From Antechinus flavipes (taxonomy: Eukaryota), in the NCBI RefSeq assembly GCF_016432865.1, contig NC_067399.1:485894001-485958000 (forward strand): DNA of 64,000 nt, in the 5' to 3' direction. Under the pieces are notes generated by a model. The model saw nothing but the letters and a program-made list of their open reading frames with translations. It searched no databases and had not been told where the DNA came from. Below, piece after piece: positions 24,224-37,824 of the stretch (position 1 is its first letter; each line of letters starts with the position of its first letter). Position numbers and translations under genes: made by a program.

Positions 24224-24574
24224 ATAGACTTGTGATACAGAGGGCCATTTGCATCCAGGGAGAGGACCATGGCGACTGAATGTACCTCTCACACCATAGT
24301 ATTTTTACCTTTTTTGTTGTTGCTGTTGTTTGTTTTTTTTTCTCAATTTTTTTTCCTTTTTGATCTGATTTTTCTTGTGCAGAATGAAAATGTGGAAATA
24401 TTTTAGAAGAGCTGCACATGTTTAACCTGTATTGGATTACTTGCTGTCCAGGGGAGGGAGAAGAGGAAGGAGGAAGTAAAATATGATACACAAGATTTTT
24501 CAAGGGTGAATGTTGAAAATTATCTCTGCATGTATTTTGGAAAATAAAAAGCTATTATAAAAATAAAAAAACCC
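24224..24574 (+). mobile_element. 5'-truncated L1 3' UTR with 12-bp TSD
   Basis: acaaatggtatt at 24212-24223 and 24575-24586; A-tail. Confidence 0.85.
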
Positions 24575-24790
24575 ACAAATGGTATTTAGAAAATCTTCTT
24601 TTCTTTTCTATTCTCCTAGTAGTCCTTTTGAGAAGGCAGTGTGTAAGGATGATTTCCCCTATACTTCTTTTCCTCAAAGTCTTATACTTGGATTTAAAAG
24701 ATCAGTGTCACAAATATGAGATTGGCAGACTATGATAAAGAACAATTCCCAGTGAATATTTGATTATTTTAATGGATTGTAAGCTCAATA

Positions 24791-25040
24791 TTGGGGCAGC
24801 TAGATAGCATAGTGGATAGAATAATGATTGTGGAGTCAGGAGGACCTGAGTTCAAAACCAACCTCTGATGCTTACTATCTCTGTGACGTCGGGTAAATCA
24901 CTTACCCCTGTTTGCCTCAGTTTCCTCATCTGTAAAATGAGCTGGAGAAGGAAATGGCAAATCTCTCCAGTTTCTTTGCCAAGAAAACCCCAAATGGAAT
25001 GACAAAGAATCAGACGTGATTGATTGACTAAACAAAGATC
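24791..25040 (+). mobile_element. MAR1-type SINE
   Basis: ggggcagctagatagcatagtggataga...gagctggagaaggaaatggcaaa...aagaatcagacgtgattga. Confidence 0.8.
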
Positions 25041-25689
25041 AATATAAATCAATAGTGTTACAGGAGTAAAAAAAAAAAAAAAATCACTACCAATAGGTTT
25101 ACCCTAAAAGAGGCAATGTGTCCAGAGCAATGGGAGTAGAATCTTTGGCATACCTCTATCACACTGTAGGCTGCCAACCACTGAGTCTATGTTTAAACCA
25201 GATTGTATATTAATGTCCCAAAGTCTTATTAAAAAATCACAAAAAAAACTCCCCATTAAAACTAATAAATATGTCTTCTAGTGCTAGGGGTGGGTTCTGT
25301 ATAGTTAGGAGGGCCAAATACTAACTGCAAAGAGCACTTTTTCAGTGTCTGCAAAGGACCAGAGAAAAGAAGGTAAAAAATTCTGCTTTGGAAAATTTGG
25401 TGTCTAGCAGATATAATGGAGCTGTTGGATATTTCTTTGATTCTGGAATCATAGAACTCTAAAACCTTTGAATCTTGGAATCTAGTCTTAGAGTCATAGA
25501 TATTCAGAGTAGGGGAAGAGCCTTCTAGGTCATCTAGTTTAACTTTCTATCCAGGACAGAAAAATCCCCTTTTCAACATCCCTGCCAGTATTTCCCTCTG
25601 CCCCTTCTCAAAAACATCCTATGATGGGTACCCCATGATTTATCAAACAGTCTATTCTATATTGAAAGCTCAAGTTATGGGAAAACTAG

Positions 25690-25920
25690 ATATCATCGTG
25701 AATAGAATGCTAAGCCTCAAGTTAGGAAGACCTGGGTTCAAATTCAGTGTCAGAGGCTAGCTATGTGACCCTGGGCAAATCACTTAACCCTGTTTGCCAG
25801 TTTCCTCATATGTCAATGAGCTGGAGAAGAAAATGGCAAACCACTCCAGTATCTTTTCCAAGAAATCCCCAAATGGGGTCATGAAGAATTGGGACATGAT
25901 AAAAGAACTGAACAACAAAA
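25690..25920 (+). mobile_element. MAR1-type SINE
   Basis: CORE plus gagctggagaagaaaatggcaaaccactccagtatc tail. Confidence 0.8.
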
Positions 25921-27327
25921 CTCAAAATACTCTGGAGTTGTTCATTATATCTACCTGACATGCTCCTCTTTCTCATTACTATTCATTGGTCCTTAGTTCT
26001 GGTAAACAGATCTTGCCTTTTGTCTTCCTTTTTAGAATACAGTTACCCCTTCCACATCATGGAAAGTTAGGGGTTCAGCATTTCCTTGATCTGGAAAAGC
26101 TGTGTAAATTTTTTTGACCCTCCATTTGTACCAAAGAAGAAATTTGATTTTTTCTTTTTCTTTCATGGGATATTTATAGCACTTTGTTATAAAATTTGGA
26201 TGAAGTATTTGGTCATAGGTTATATATAAGTCAATGTTAAGTAAAAATACTATATGTAAGAGAAATTAAAAAATACAAAATACTACAGTAATTTCATATG
26301 CTGACCCACAATATATTGAAAGTGGGATGGGGTAAGTTGCAATATAGAATGGATAACTGTGTAGCATTCTAAATGTCTTGTGGTCTGGCTTAGGAAAAAT
26401 CCAAGAAGCAGGAGGAAAAAGACTCTGAAAGAGCCTCACCCATATTCTATGGAAGTAGATGAGCCCCCTTTCCCTTTTCTAGACTCTTGGCCAATTCCAC
26501 AAAGGAAGATAGTGGCCATTGTTGCTTTTCCTTATTATTATTATTATTTGTCAAATCTCTTTACTTAGATGCTTATTCCTTGTGTCACTGGTGGTTAGCA
26601 TTGTTGAATGTTCAGAAGAGGATGGGGGTGGGGAATGAGGGGAGTTCCAAAAGAGCAAATCATTAGAGTGAGGACCCAGTGGAACAGGATGAGGGAGGTG
26701 TGAGAGGATGCCAGGCTTTTGTGATCAGCTTGTTGACATTGCTCTTTGCCTCCTGCAGATTATTCACTGTTCACTTACAATTCTTGGCTCCATAAACATT
26801 CTGTTTTCAGCCACCTATTTCTCCCTCCCTTTCCTGAGAGAGGATGAAATAACCTGCAGAGAGCAGGCTGAATGAACAATGCAAATGCATCAAATGTAGC
26901 TGTTCAGAAAACCCCTTAGCAGGCAAGTATGTTACACTGTTATCTTCATCCAGTGTAGTTATCGGCCTTTTGAATTATTGTGCTTAATATACACAGGCAT
27001 TTCCTTTAGGCTGTTTCTAATTCTTCATCTATGATATGTAATATTGAAAAACTTCCCAGGAATTCACTGGACTGTCCCCTAGGATGCCAGAAAAGAGGGT
27101 CAAGTATCTGGGGGCTCAGGCTTCTGTTTCTTTCTCCTCTGAAATTTCCAATAGGACAGGGCCCCTCCTAAGCTTTTTAGTACATAGTCATTATTATGTT
27201 AGGGAGTCCCTTTCTGGTATAAGGAATGCTATTCTCTTGAATGCTTTCATCTTGGTGAGTTGTTAGTTTCCTTCTAGATCTCTTGTCTCTTTTTCTAATA
27301 AGTTTGGTTATTCTTTCTTTCTCTTTT

Positions 27328-27512
27328 NNNNNNNNNNNNNNNNNNNNNNNNNNNNNNNNNNNNNNNNNNNNNNNNNNNNNNNNNNNNNNNNNNNNNNNNN
27401 NNNNNNNNNNNNNNNNNNNNNNNNNNNNNNNNNNNNNNNNNNNNNNNNNNNNNNNNNNNNNNNNNNNNNNNNNNNNNNNNNNNNNNNNNNNNNNNNNNNN
27501 NNNNNNNNNNNN
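27328..27512. other. Assembly gap (185 N)
   Basis: N run, preceded by a TTTC-rich tract. Confidence 1.
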
Positions 27513-27654
27513 TGCTTTGTGAAGCCTCTCCTGATTCCCCTGGCTAAAAATGACTTCTACTTGATTTCTTATAGCACCTCTCTTTTGTCTTTATCACATT
27601 CCACCCTCTTTTTCCATTCATGACCCGTTTTCACTTTAGAAATTTTTATGCAGG

Positions 27655-27770
27655 TACATAAATATATAAAAGTATGCAAACCAAACATTTACTATAATAA
27701 ATCATCATTTCCCAACCACCACATTCAGTTATGAGATCCCATATGGGGTTGTGACCAAAGAAGCTTTGCT
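27655..27770. mobile_element. Charlie-type MITE fragment, opposite orientation to 56569-56759
   Basis: cacattcagttatgagatcccatatggggttgtgacc is the reverse-complement homologue of 56586-56624. Confidence 0.6.
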
Positions 27771-30700
27771 CCATCACCTAGATCATTTGTGAGTGTGCCA
27801 CTTGTATTTTTTTTTTATTATAAACAATTTGAAGCACAGAGACAGTATTATTTTTCTTCTTTGCCTTCCTATCGCTTAGCATAGTACTTTGTATATAGTA
27901 AGCTCTTTATATTTGTTAAATTGAATTGAATTTTAATATGTACTTAGTATTTTAACATTACTCAGGCCTAATTTCAAATTCTTCCCAGCTCTTTCATTGA
28001 CTTGATTTGTGACTTTGGGAATGTAATTTCACTTTTTTTCATTGTTTCCTCATCTATAAAGTTAGGGAATTGGACTTGACTTCTAAAATCCTATGGTTTG
28101 TGATATAGTTATTGGAGAAAATGCAGCTAAATAAGTGTAAGTGTATTTTTTAAGAATCCTGTCAATTTTTATTAATGGTCAAAATGAAGAAAACTTCATA
28201 AATTAATTAAATTTGAAATAGAATTGCTAGTTCCTTTGGGTACTTTCATGTGAATGAGCATGAATTTGTTTTAATCTCTCCTTTAGGGATTAGAGCATCA
28301 TAGAACTTTGCTACACAAATGTGTTGATGGACAAATGAAGGATTTAATTTGAGTGTATATTTGGCAAAATTCTTATGCTTATACAGTGTCTAGGCTCTGG
28401 ACTCATTCTCTCAAACTACACAGATTAGCAGGTCAGCTCTCTAGAATGTGACTGACTACAACTTCATTCTGGGCTCGATGGGTAGTCCTTAGGAATTGGA
28501 GGTCGTCTTCCAATGCTATCATTCACAAACATCCATCTGATATGTTTCCTCAATATCAGTCTACTAATATTTCTCCCCAAATCATCAATTAGCTTTTTCA
28601 AAGGCATATTTACTGAGAAAATACAGTAAAAACTCAAATGCAATGATAGTCCAAACTGGAAACACACTTCAATTTAGCAACCAATTAAAAGATATATCAC
28701 CACAAAGTCAGCTGAGAGGACACAATGAGAGAATACCTAAACGTGTTTAGAAGTTGAGAGGGAAAGGGCCTATCCCTATCATACATTTCTGGAAAAAGTC
28801 TTGCTAAGCTTCCATAAATGTTAGTCAGTACAATCTATATTGCACATGGAATAAGGCCTTGGCCATCTTGGTCTGTTTACCCATTACTATCACATCACTT
28901 TTGGCCCAGCTAGCATTAGCCCTTCACAAAGTTGTGTTTGTGTTTATAGGGGATTCACACCTCCATTAAAATATGAAACCTGGTTATTTATAATCCACTG
29001 TGGTCTAGTTGCTATTATTAATTTCTGTGCTAACAGAAACCTGGGTAAATAAAAGCAGCTAGAACAGAAAAAAGAAATGAATCAACCTTAGAAACATTTC
29101 CAGCCACTATTCCCCAAATGAGTGAATGCTCTTGCTCTTCTTTAACAGAATGCAGAGGGGAAGACTTCTCTCTACAGGCAAAGCCTTGCTAGCCTTAATC
29201 AACTGGTGTGTGCAGGTCTTGGTCATTATTCCATCCCCTGAGTTGCAGCTTCTGTATGTCATTTGGCAAGAGCAGGTAGTTTCTTTGGCTCTCCTGCCTT
29301 GTCTCTCCAAGGTTGGGGCCTATAGTTTGATTTAACCAGTCCCTGGTTTTATCCCTGGGTAAAACATGACTTGGGACTATTTGCCATCTTTGCTACATGG
29401 GCTGCTTTCCACTTCCTCCTCTTAGATGTCTATATCCCCTCACAGTTGGCATATGTCTTATGGAAATTTAAAGTCTCTGAACTTTGGCTAAAGGTCTTCC
29501 TCTTGGAGTTCTATGGCCTGACAAGAAATAATTAAGAAATATAGTCCTAATAGGATAGCCATGTACTTCATACCCTGGAAGGTTAAGGTATTTCCTGTCT
29601 AACTCCTATTGGGCTTCATAAAGTTTCAATGTTTTTCCTATGACTTTGACCACTAATAGATAGATGACACACAAAGATACTTCTTAGAGATCAAATGCCT
29701 ATTGGTTTTGCTCCTGCTGATCACTCTTATCACTGGGGAAGAGATTTTCCATTCATGCAGTAAATACACAAGGCCAGCAAAGATTTTTTTTCTGTTGGGC
29801 TCTTCATTACTCTGTCATTCAGAGAGATGTGGGATTAGTTTTTAAATTGCTCAGATTCTCAGTCATAGGAAAAGCCTTAGCATGGATTATCCAAATCTGT
29901 TTGTACTGAATTTTACATGAACACTGAACAATCATTTGGACTTAAACTGATGAAGGTGTTTTTTTTTTTTTTTAAACCACACACAAAGGTGTTTTTGGAA
30001 GACTGATGCATCTGCATTTTTTCACTTTCTGAGGCAGAAATGGACCACACAGAATTGCCTATTATTTGGTAGAAAGAAACTTGCCTTGGAAAGTGTGAAA
30101 TCTGGGTATCTTCCATCCCTCTGGCTCCAGGGTTTTCCTTTCCTGTAGGTGGAGTATATAGCTATTTATATGATTTGAGGGGTGCCAGACTGGACCCCCT
30201 GCTCAAATTGTTTTCCCTGCTGACTTGCTAGACATTGTGCATGAAATTCTATCATTAGAGATTTACTATAGGCTATTTTAAAATGCAAATATCCTTGGAA
30301 GAGGTTAAGCTATCTGTTATTTATTTCCTTAATACTTCAAAGGACTTGTGATTTCATCAGTGTGGGTTTCATATGCTTATTCTTTCCATCTTTTCAGAAT
30401 ATAACCCTTCCTTCTCTTCATAGATGATCTTCAGAAATTGCTCTGGCCAAAACAACTAATTTCCAGACTGCCCAGTTTCCCTAGTATGAATATCCTTTCT
30501 CTTTATTCAACCTCTACACTACTTCAGGTTCTCCTCACCTTTTGCTTGGACTATTACAATGATCTCATTGGTTTCCATAGCTTAAATTTCTTCCTTCTCT
30601 ACTCTATCCTCTACATAGCTTCAAATTGATATTCTTCAAATTTATGTCTGATCATGTCAACTGCTCTCTCTTCCCTACTCAAAAATCCTCCAGGGCTCCT

Positions 30701-30869
30701 TATTATCTTTAGCAGGGAAATAAAAGCCCTCAGTTGGGTGTTTAAAACTTCCCATAGACAGGCTTCCACCTATTTTTACAATATTATTTCACACACACCC
30801 TTGCTGAAAACTGACCTACTAAGCACTAGTTTCTTCAATGGGTCCTTATATACCATGAAAACAAGACTC

Positions 30870-31145
30870 TTCACTATCATCTGAACTTCTCTGGCTTACC
30901 TTAAACTGTTGTGACCAGAACTGAAGTCAACATTGCAGAGGAAAACTGATGAGGGCAGAGAATAAAGGCCCATTACCTCCCCATTCTTAGAGTCCAATAT
31001 TGGACTCAATGAAGCCCAACATTGCCTTAGATATTTTGCTATATCACCTTGCTGACTCATGTTGAATTTGCAGTCTGCCCAAAGCCCCAGATCCTTTTGA
31101 GGATAATGGCTGTCTAGCCATGCAACTAAACACCCCATCTTGTTG
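30870..31145 (-). mobile_element. CR1/L3 fragment
   Basis: ctcatgttgaatttgcagtctg...aaagccccagatcctttt and ccagaactgaa...gatgagggcaga are typical L3 antisense text. Confidence 0.65.
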
Positions 31146-31315
31146 TGGTAAAAGTAATCACATATCCCTTGCCTAACTTACCAGGTTATTGTGAAGAACA
31201 AATGGATAATGCATGTGAAAATGCATTGTAAAACATTGTATAAATACAAGGTTGTAATACTTCTACTTCCTAAACATAATAAGATTAACCAGTTAAAATA
31301 ACTAATGATAAGAAT

Positions 31316-31580
31316 CAGGCAATTAGTAGGTAGCTCAGTAGATAGAGTGCTAGGCCTGGAGTTAAAAAGACCTGAGTTCAATTCAGTTTTACTTACTAGC
31401 TATGTGACCCTGGACAAGTCCTTTAATCCTATTTGCCTCAGTTTTCTCATTTTCTCATCTGTAAAATGATAGGTAATCTGTAAAGAAGGAAATGGCAAAC
31501 CACTCCAATATCCCTGCCAAGAAAACTCCAAATGGGTCATCAAAAGTTGGAGATATCTGAAATAACTGAATAGCAACAAT
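31316..31580 (+). mobile_element. MAR1-type SINE
   Basis: ggcaattagtaggtagctcagtagatagagtg...ggaaatggcaaaccactccaatatc. Confidence 0.8.
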
Positions 31581-32199
31581 AGTGGTAATAATCAATTTAT
31601 ATATATATAGGGTTTATAATGGAAATTTAGCATCAGATTATCACTAATAGATGTTACAGAAAGATTTTCCTTAAGGAACATAAATTTACTGTTCAATACA
31701 GATTATGCAAGGAAATAGTAGAAACTGTATAATGTATCACTATAAGCTGCAAAAATCAGCACTTTTTGAATAAATAGCAAGATACAACATGCTGGCTAAA
31801 AGTATATATTAGAAGCTTGCTATCTTTCATAGCCTAATAGCCTAATATAGATCTTAGTCCCAATAAAATCTTCAAAGTATTCTTGAAAACTCAACAAATA
31901 ATCTAAAACTGAAGCATTATTGCAGATAAAACTGTTGTCCACAATCATTTGGAAATAATGGATTCATAAAAATTTAGTAGCAATATTTTCGATTGATGTC
32001 AGCATGAGAAATATTCATAATCTTTCAACTATATGGAGAGAAAAACTTTCAAAATATAGAGACTTAGGAAAAAACAAAATCAGGCATGAATAGGATGTGG
32101 TCCATCTTCCTACCTTCTTCTCTGTTACTGAATTTTTCCTGAAGATGCTTTTAGTGGAGTTTCAAAATTCAGGTGCAACATTCCAATGCTTTTATTAAT

Positions 32200-34830
32200 A
32201 AAAATAATCATAAACTATATGAAATCAACAAGCATTTATTAAGTGTTTATTATGTGCTGGGCAGGAATACAAAGAAAGGCAAAAAAAAAGGATTTTTTTT
32301 TACATACTAAAGCAGGATATAAGTAAGTGCAAACAAAATACAGAATAAATGGAAGGTTATTGTTTGTCCTTCATTCTCAAAGAGGACCATGACATGCAGA
32401 TGAGTTGGATTTAAGTGAGGGAAGCTGTGCAAGGTGACTTGCCGCACTTTCCCCTCCAGAGCCATCATCTGGTTCCAGTGGCCAGACGTAGATCAGGACA
32501 ACTGGAGATGGCCCTAGATGCAGTAGGAAACTGTGGTTTTTGTAAGGTAAGGTCTACAATGTGTTTAAGTTTGATTGAGGCAAGACTAATTCAATGATTA
32601 AAGCTTAGAAAGGTGGCCTTTGAGGGAAAAGTCTTTTGTAGGAGTTGTTGTTTGGGCTGAATCTTAAAGGAGGCTGGGAATTCTAAGAGGTAGAAATGAG
32701 GAGGGAGGGCATTCCAGGCCTGGGGAACACCTCAAAGTAAAGCTACAGAGACTGGAGATGGAATGTCATCTTCAAGGAACAATAAGTAAGACAGAGCAAA
32801 GCAGTTATTTTATCCACCTGTATAACAGAAAGAAGGAAGGAAAAAAGGTAAAATGCATTATCAGGCACCCACTGTATGACAGGCATTGTGTAAGCACTTT
32901 AGAAATATCATCTCTTGATTCTCACAACAATCTTGTAGAATAAATGCTATTGTTACTCCTATTTTATAATTGCTCAGGGTCACACAGCCAATAATTATCG
33001 TGGGCTCTTGAGGCAGAGAGTTGGCATAGGTGATAAAGCCCTGGGCCTGGAGTCAGGAAGAACTGAGTTCAGATCCACTCTCCTATGCTTACTTAGCTGT
33101 GTGGCCTTGGGAAAATTACTTTATCACTTTAATCTGATTCAATTTCCTCACTTATGAAATTAAGATAATAACAACACCTGACTCATGGGTTATACTGAAG
33201 ACAGTGAGATAATAATGTAAAGCACTTAGCATATAATAAGTGCTTTATAAATGCTTCTTCTTCTATCTCTCCTATAAAAGAATAATAGCTGGAGAGTGAT
33301 TAATCTCAAGACCATTTCTCTTTGAACTCCATTGAAAAAAATGAAAAGAATGAAATGATAATGATGTTGATAATTTGAGAGAGACAGAGAGAGAAAGAGA
33401 CAGAGACACACAGAGAGAGACAGAGTGACGTGATCAGACCTGAACTTTAGGAAAATCACTTTAGTGGTTTAATGGAGAATGGGATTGGTAGGGGGGAGAG
33501 ACTTGAGGCAGGCTTATTCCCCCAGCAAGATATTTTAATAGTCCAGGCATAAGGTGAGCCTGTACCAGAGTGGCCTCCAAGAAAAAGGAGGTATATTCAA
33601 GAAATGCTGCAAAGGTGAGATTGACTGGTCTTGACAACAGGTTGCATTTGATCATCTCAGTAACTCTGGCAGGTAGGTATTTTATTATTCTCCAGGTCAT
33701 AGCTGTTAAGCATGGATGTTCTCTAAGACTCTGACTTGTGCCCTCTTTTCCAACTATGTTATTTTGTTTGGTTACTAATTAGTTCCCGTAGATCAAAAAG
33801 TCTTTTTGCAGATGATTCTCAGGTCTATTTATCTAACCCTAACCTTGGATCTCCAATTGTCTATGTATGTCTCAATTTGGATGTCCCAAACTGAAGTCAA
33901 AACCTTTTCCACTAAATAGTTCCCTTTGCCAACTTTTCTATTATTATTGAGAGTATCACTATCCTCCCAGTCAAGTGGACTTTGAATCTAGATTTTTATT
34001 CTTCATTCTCTCACACTGTTTTCTCACCATCTCCAACCAGTTGCCAAGTTCTGTCAGTTCTATCTTTGTAACAACTCTGGCCTATTCCCCTTTCTCTTTG
34101 TGGATACTGCATACTTGTTCAGGCCTAGTTTAGGCAAGTGCAGTTGACTATATTATTACACCCTTTATTCCATCAATTCCAGTATCTCCCTCTTACCTTC
34201 AAGATCAAATATACAATTAATGGTCTTATTATAATTGCCTGCTGGTTGTTCTTTCTGCCTCAAGTTTTTCCCTCTTCTGGTTTATGCTCCATTCAGGAGT
34301 CAAATTGATATTCCTAAAATGTGAATCTGATCATGGCATTCCACCAGGGAATCCCTATTACCTCTAGAATCAAATATTAAATTCTCTGGTTTTTAAAACT
34401 CTCTAAAACCTGACTCATATCAGCCTTTCTACCTCATTGCTGTCTGTGTAGTCTTGGATCCGTGACACTGATTTTGTTTTTCCTTACATATACCACTACA
34501 TTGCCTGACCCCAGGCATTTTCACTGCCTGTCTCCCCATTCCTAGAATTCTCTCCCCTTTTCTCTCCCTTTCCTGGTCTCTCTGACTTCTTTCAGGTCTC
34601 AGCTAAAACTCCAATCTCTGTAAGAAACCTTTCCCAATCCACCTTAATGCTAGTGCTATCCACCAAGATTATCTACAATTTATCCTAGATCCTAACTATC
34701 TTGCTTATATATAACTGTTTGTATGTTGAGTTTCTTTAGAGCAGATTCTGTCTTTTTGCTTTTCTTTGTATCCTTTACCACCTAGCATAATAGCACATAG
34801 TAGGTACTTAATAAATACTGACGGACTTGA
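32200..34830. mobile_element. Cluster of L2 remnants (minus about 32200-33660, plus about 33790-34830) with nested SINEs
   Basis: caacaagcatttattaagtg (L2 3' end, antisense) and cctagcataatagcacatagtaggtacttaataaatactgac (sense). Confidence 0.65.
32358..32620. mobile_element. RTE-related marsupial SINE (WALLSI/RTESINE-like)
   Basis: tgtttgtccttcattctcaaagaggaccatgacat...ccagtggccagacgtagatcaggacaactggagatggccc; family assignment from memory. Confidence 0.5.
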
Positions 34831-35189
34831 CAGTTTCCAGCCAGACTGGCCTATTTAACAGTAGCTTACATGTGACATCCCATCTCTTGCCTCCATGCTT
34901 TTGTATAGATTATTCCCCAAACCTGGAACGCAATCCCACCTCACCTTTATCTCTTAGAATCTTTAATATCTTTCAAAGTTCAGTTCAAATGCCAACTCCT
35001 TCAAGAAAACTTTTCCCACAAAATTATCTTATGTTTGTTTTGAAAATATTGTACACATATGTACTGTGTTGTCTCTCCTGAGAGAATGTGAACTCCTTGA
35101 GGTGAGGGCCTGCCTTTGTGTCACCAGAACCTTGCAGAGTGCCTGACCCTTGATAGAAGCTTATTGATTGATTGATTGTCTCCTTCTCC

Positions 35190-36020
35190 CCAACCCTCTC
35201 GGGGGGGATTTATTGAGTCTATTCCTAGACATTTTCGACAAGAGTGGAGGAGAGGAAACAATGTGGTAACAATGTGGAAGGTAGGGACTGCAGGCGGTGG
35301 TAGCAAACTAAGGAACGTAAATGGATTCCCTCGGGCTGTACAGAGGAAAGGAGCCCAGTCGTGCCCATTCTCATTACTGGCGCAGCTATTTTCAGCTCCT
35401 TGCGCTGTGGCTCCCTGGGGATTGCAGCACCATCTCTGTGGCTTTTATCAGGGTCATTTCTGTGCCCAGTGACTTTGGATTTTTCCTTTGAGTGTCTTTG
35501 TCTTGATGTTGACTTGCTGACCCTGGCATTTCCCTCTCCTGCTGGACCCATCAGTCGCTGGGCAGGGGGAGGAGAGAGAGAAAAGCGACTGTGGCCTTTG
35601 AAAGGGGTTTAGAGTCTGGGAAAAGGCCAGGCTCCTGGCGTTTCTTCCTCTTTGCATTGGAATTGCTCCAGTTCTCTGCTTCCAAGTTCCTAGAGGCTTC
35701 TTGGGGGTCAGGCTGTCCGCAGAGAGTCTGTCCCCACTCTCCAGATGCTGGCTCCTTTAGGAACCTGCTTGTGACAAAGATGGCGTGTCACAGAGTCTCT
35801 GTTTGTGAGGATTTGGGGGCCACAGGCCAGCACTTGCGCTACCAGCCTTCCTTTCTGACTTTTCAGGCGTTCTCTCTTCTGAAAAGTCATAGAAAATATC
35901 CTAGAGCCGGCCAAGCAACAGGGGAAGGAAAGTAGCGACATGAATCCTTCCTTATACAGTGAAAACAGTATAGTACAACAGAGAGAGCCCTGTTCTAGAA
36001 GTTTCCTTCGGACTATCATT
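35190..36020. promoter_or_regulatory. CpG-retaining, repeat-free block; candidate enhancer
   Basis: About 18 CpGs counted by eye in about 830 bp; tandem AACAATGTGG at 35257-35266 and 35268-35277. Confidence 0.4.
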
Positions 36021-36049
36021 AACTTGCCTGTGTAATTTGGGGGGAGTGC

Positions 36050-37800
36050 AACCAATCAGTTGACAGACATTTATTAACCATTATGTGCTATGTGCTATGC
36101 TGGGTGCTGGAGATAAAATAATGGAAAAAATTCCTGCTTTGGGGAATTTATATTCTATTGGAGGAAACAACACGATTAGGTAGGAAAATTACATGTAAAA
36201 TATTTTTTTGGACGGGCAAGGGCCTAGTGCCTGAGACCAAGTTGAGAGGGGGCAGGAAAGGCCTCGTGCTGGTGGTGGGCCTTGAGCTGACCCTTGAAAG
36301 AGAAAAGGAATTCTAAGAAGTAGTGGTGACAGGAAGCATCTTCCAGGTACAAGGAATGGGGCCGTGTCCCATTTGAAGGATAGGAAATAGGGGAGTTTGA
36401 CTACAACAAATTGCATGAAGGGGAGTAATGTGTTCTAAGTCTAGGAAAGTAGGATGGAGCCAGATTGTGAAGGGCTTTAAATGCTAGAGCTTGTATTTGT
36501 CTCTTAGAAGAGATAGAGTTCCAGCAGAGCTTCTTGTGTAGTGACCTTTTCAGACCTTTCTTTTAGGAATAGAAGCTTGAGAAGCATGGATTGGAGGAGG
36601 GAGAAAATGGAGACTCCAGCTCTGAAAAGGGAGAACCGGAGGCAAGGAGCCCAAAAGGGAAGCTATTGAAAAAGTTCAGGTAAGAAGTGATGAGTTCAAA
36701 TTCTGCCTGAGATGATTGACACTAATATGTGACCTGGGCAAGTCATTTAACTCTGATTGCCTTGAAAAATAAAAAGGGTGAGGGAGTGAACATATCCCTA
36801 CTTGCAAGGACCATATGTTTTGATAGAGGATATAACAATTCAGCTAGATGGACTTAAGTCCTGAATTCACATCTTAACTTAAACATTTTAAAATTTATAT
36901 AACCTTGAGTAACTTATTTAATTTTTGTCAGCCTCAGTTTCTTTATCTGTAAAATGGGAATAATGATAACACCTGTTGAAGTTTAGGGAGGATCAAATGA
37001 GATAATATATTTAAAATCCTTTGCAAATTTAAAGTACACATAGCATTTCAAAAGCTACTAAATCTAAATTGTACTAAGACTTTTGAGACACCCTGTATAA
37101 AAGCTATCTGCTATTATTAATATGTTACATATATTTAATGTATATTGCCATGCCAAATCATGAAGAAAAGCTAGTGCAAAGGCATGGAGATGGAACATCA
37201 ATTGCCCTTTGTAAGGAAACAAAAGAAGGTTAATTTGGCTGGATCATAGAGAGAGGGAGGGAGGAGATAATGTCCAATAAGACTGGAAAAATGGGTTGGG
37301 GTCAGATTGTGTAAGGCTTAAAATTAGATTAGGGGGCAGCTATATGGCACAGTGGACAGAGCACCGGCCCTGAAGTCAGGAAGACATGAGTTCAAATCCA
37401 CCTCAGACACTTAATACTTCCAGCTGTGTGACTCTGGGCAAGTCACTTAACCCTAATTGCCTCAGCAAAAACAAAACAAAACAAAACAAAAAAACCAGAT
37501 AGAACCAGAATAGAAGCTTGGGAAATATCCATAGTTAGAGGGTGTGACTGTTGAGCCAACAAAAAGAATGAAAAGGAGTCAGTGAGATGGGTGGCAGGTG
37601 AACCAAGAAGGAGCAGTGAAAGAATGGTCAGCAGTGTTACATGCACAGATAGGTTGAAAAAGATGGAGACTGAGAAGAGATTATTTGATTTAGTATTTTA
37701 GAAACCACGGATAACTTTAGAGAAAGCAGTTTCAACTGAGGGATGAAGTCAGAAGCCAGATTACAAAGGATTTAAGTCAAGTAAGAATAGAGAAAGTGAG
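36050..37800 (-). mobile_element. L2 remnants with nested SINEs
   Basis: cagacatttattaaccattatgtgct..., ggagccagattgtgaagggctttaaatg, gattgtgtaaggctta. Confidence 0.6.
37332..37495 (+). mobile_element. WSINE1-like SINE
   Basis: gggggcagctatatggcacagtggacagagcaccggccctgaagtcagg...aattgcctcagc plus (AAAAC)n tail. Confidence 0.85.
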
Positions 37801-37824
37801 CAGAGAAGTATAGATAGCCTTTTC

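Noticed and set aside
27283-27522. ORFs spanning N runs (also 60500-60878)
   Set aside because: Artefacts of assembly gaps.
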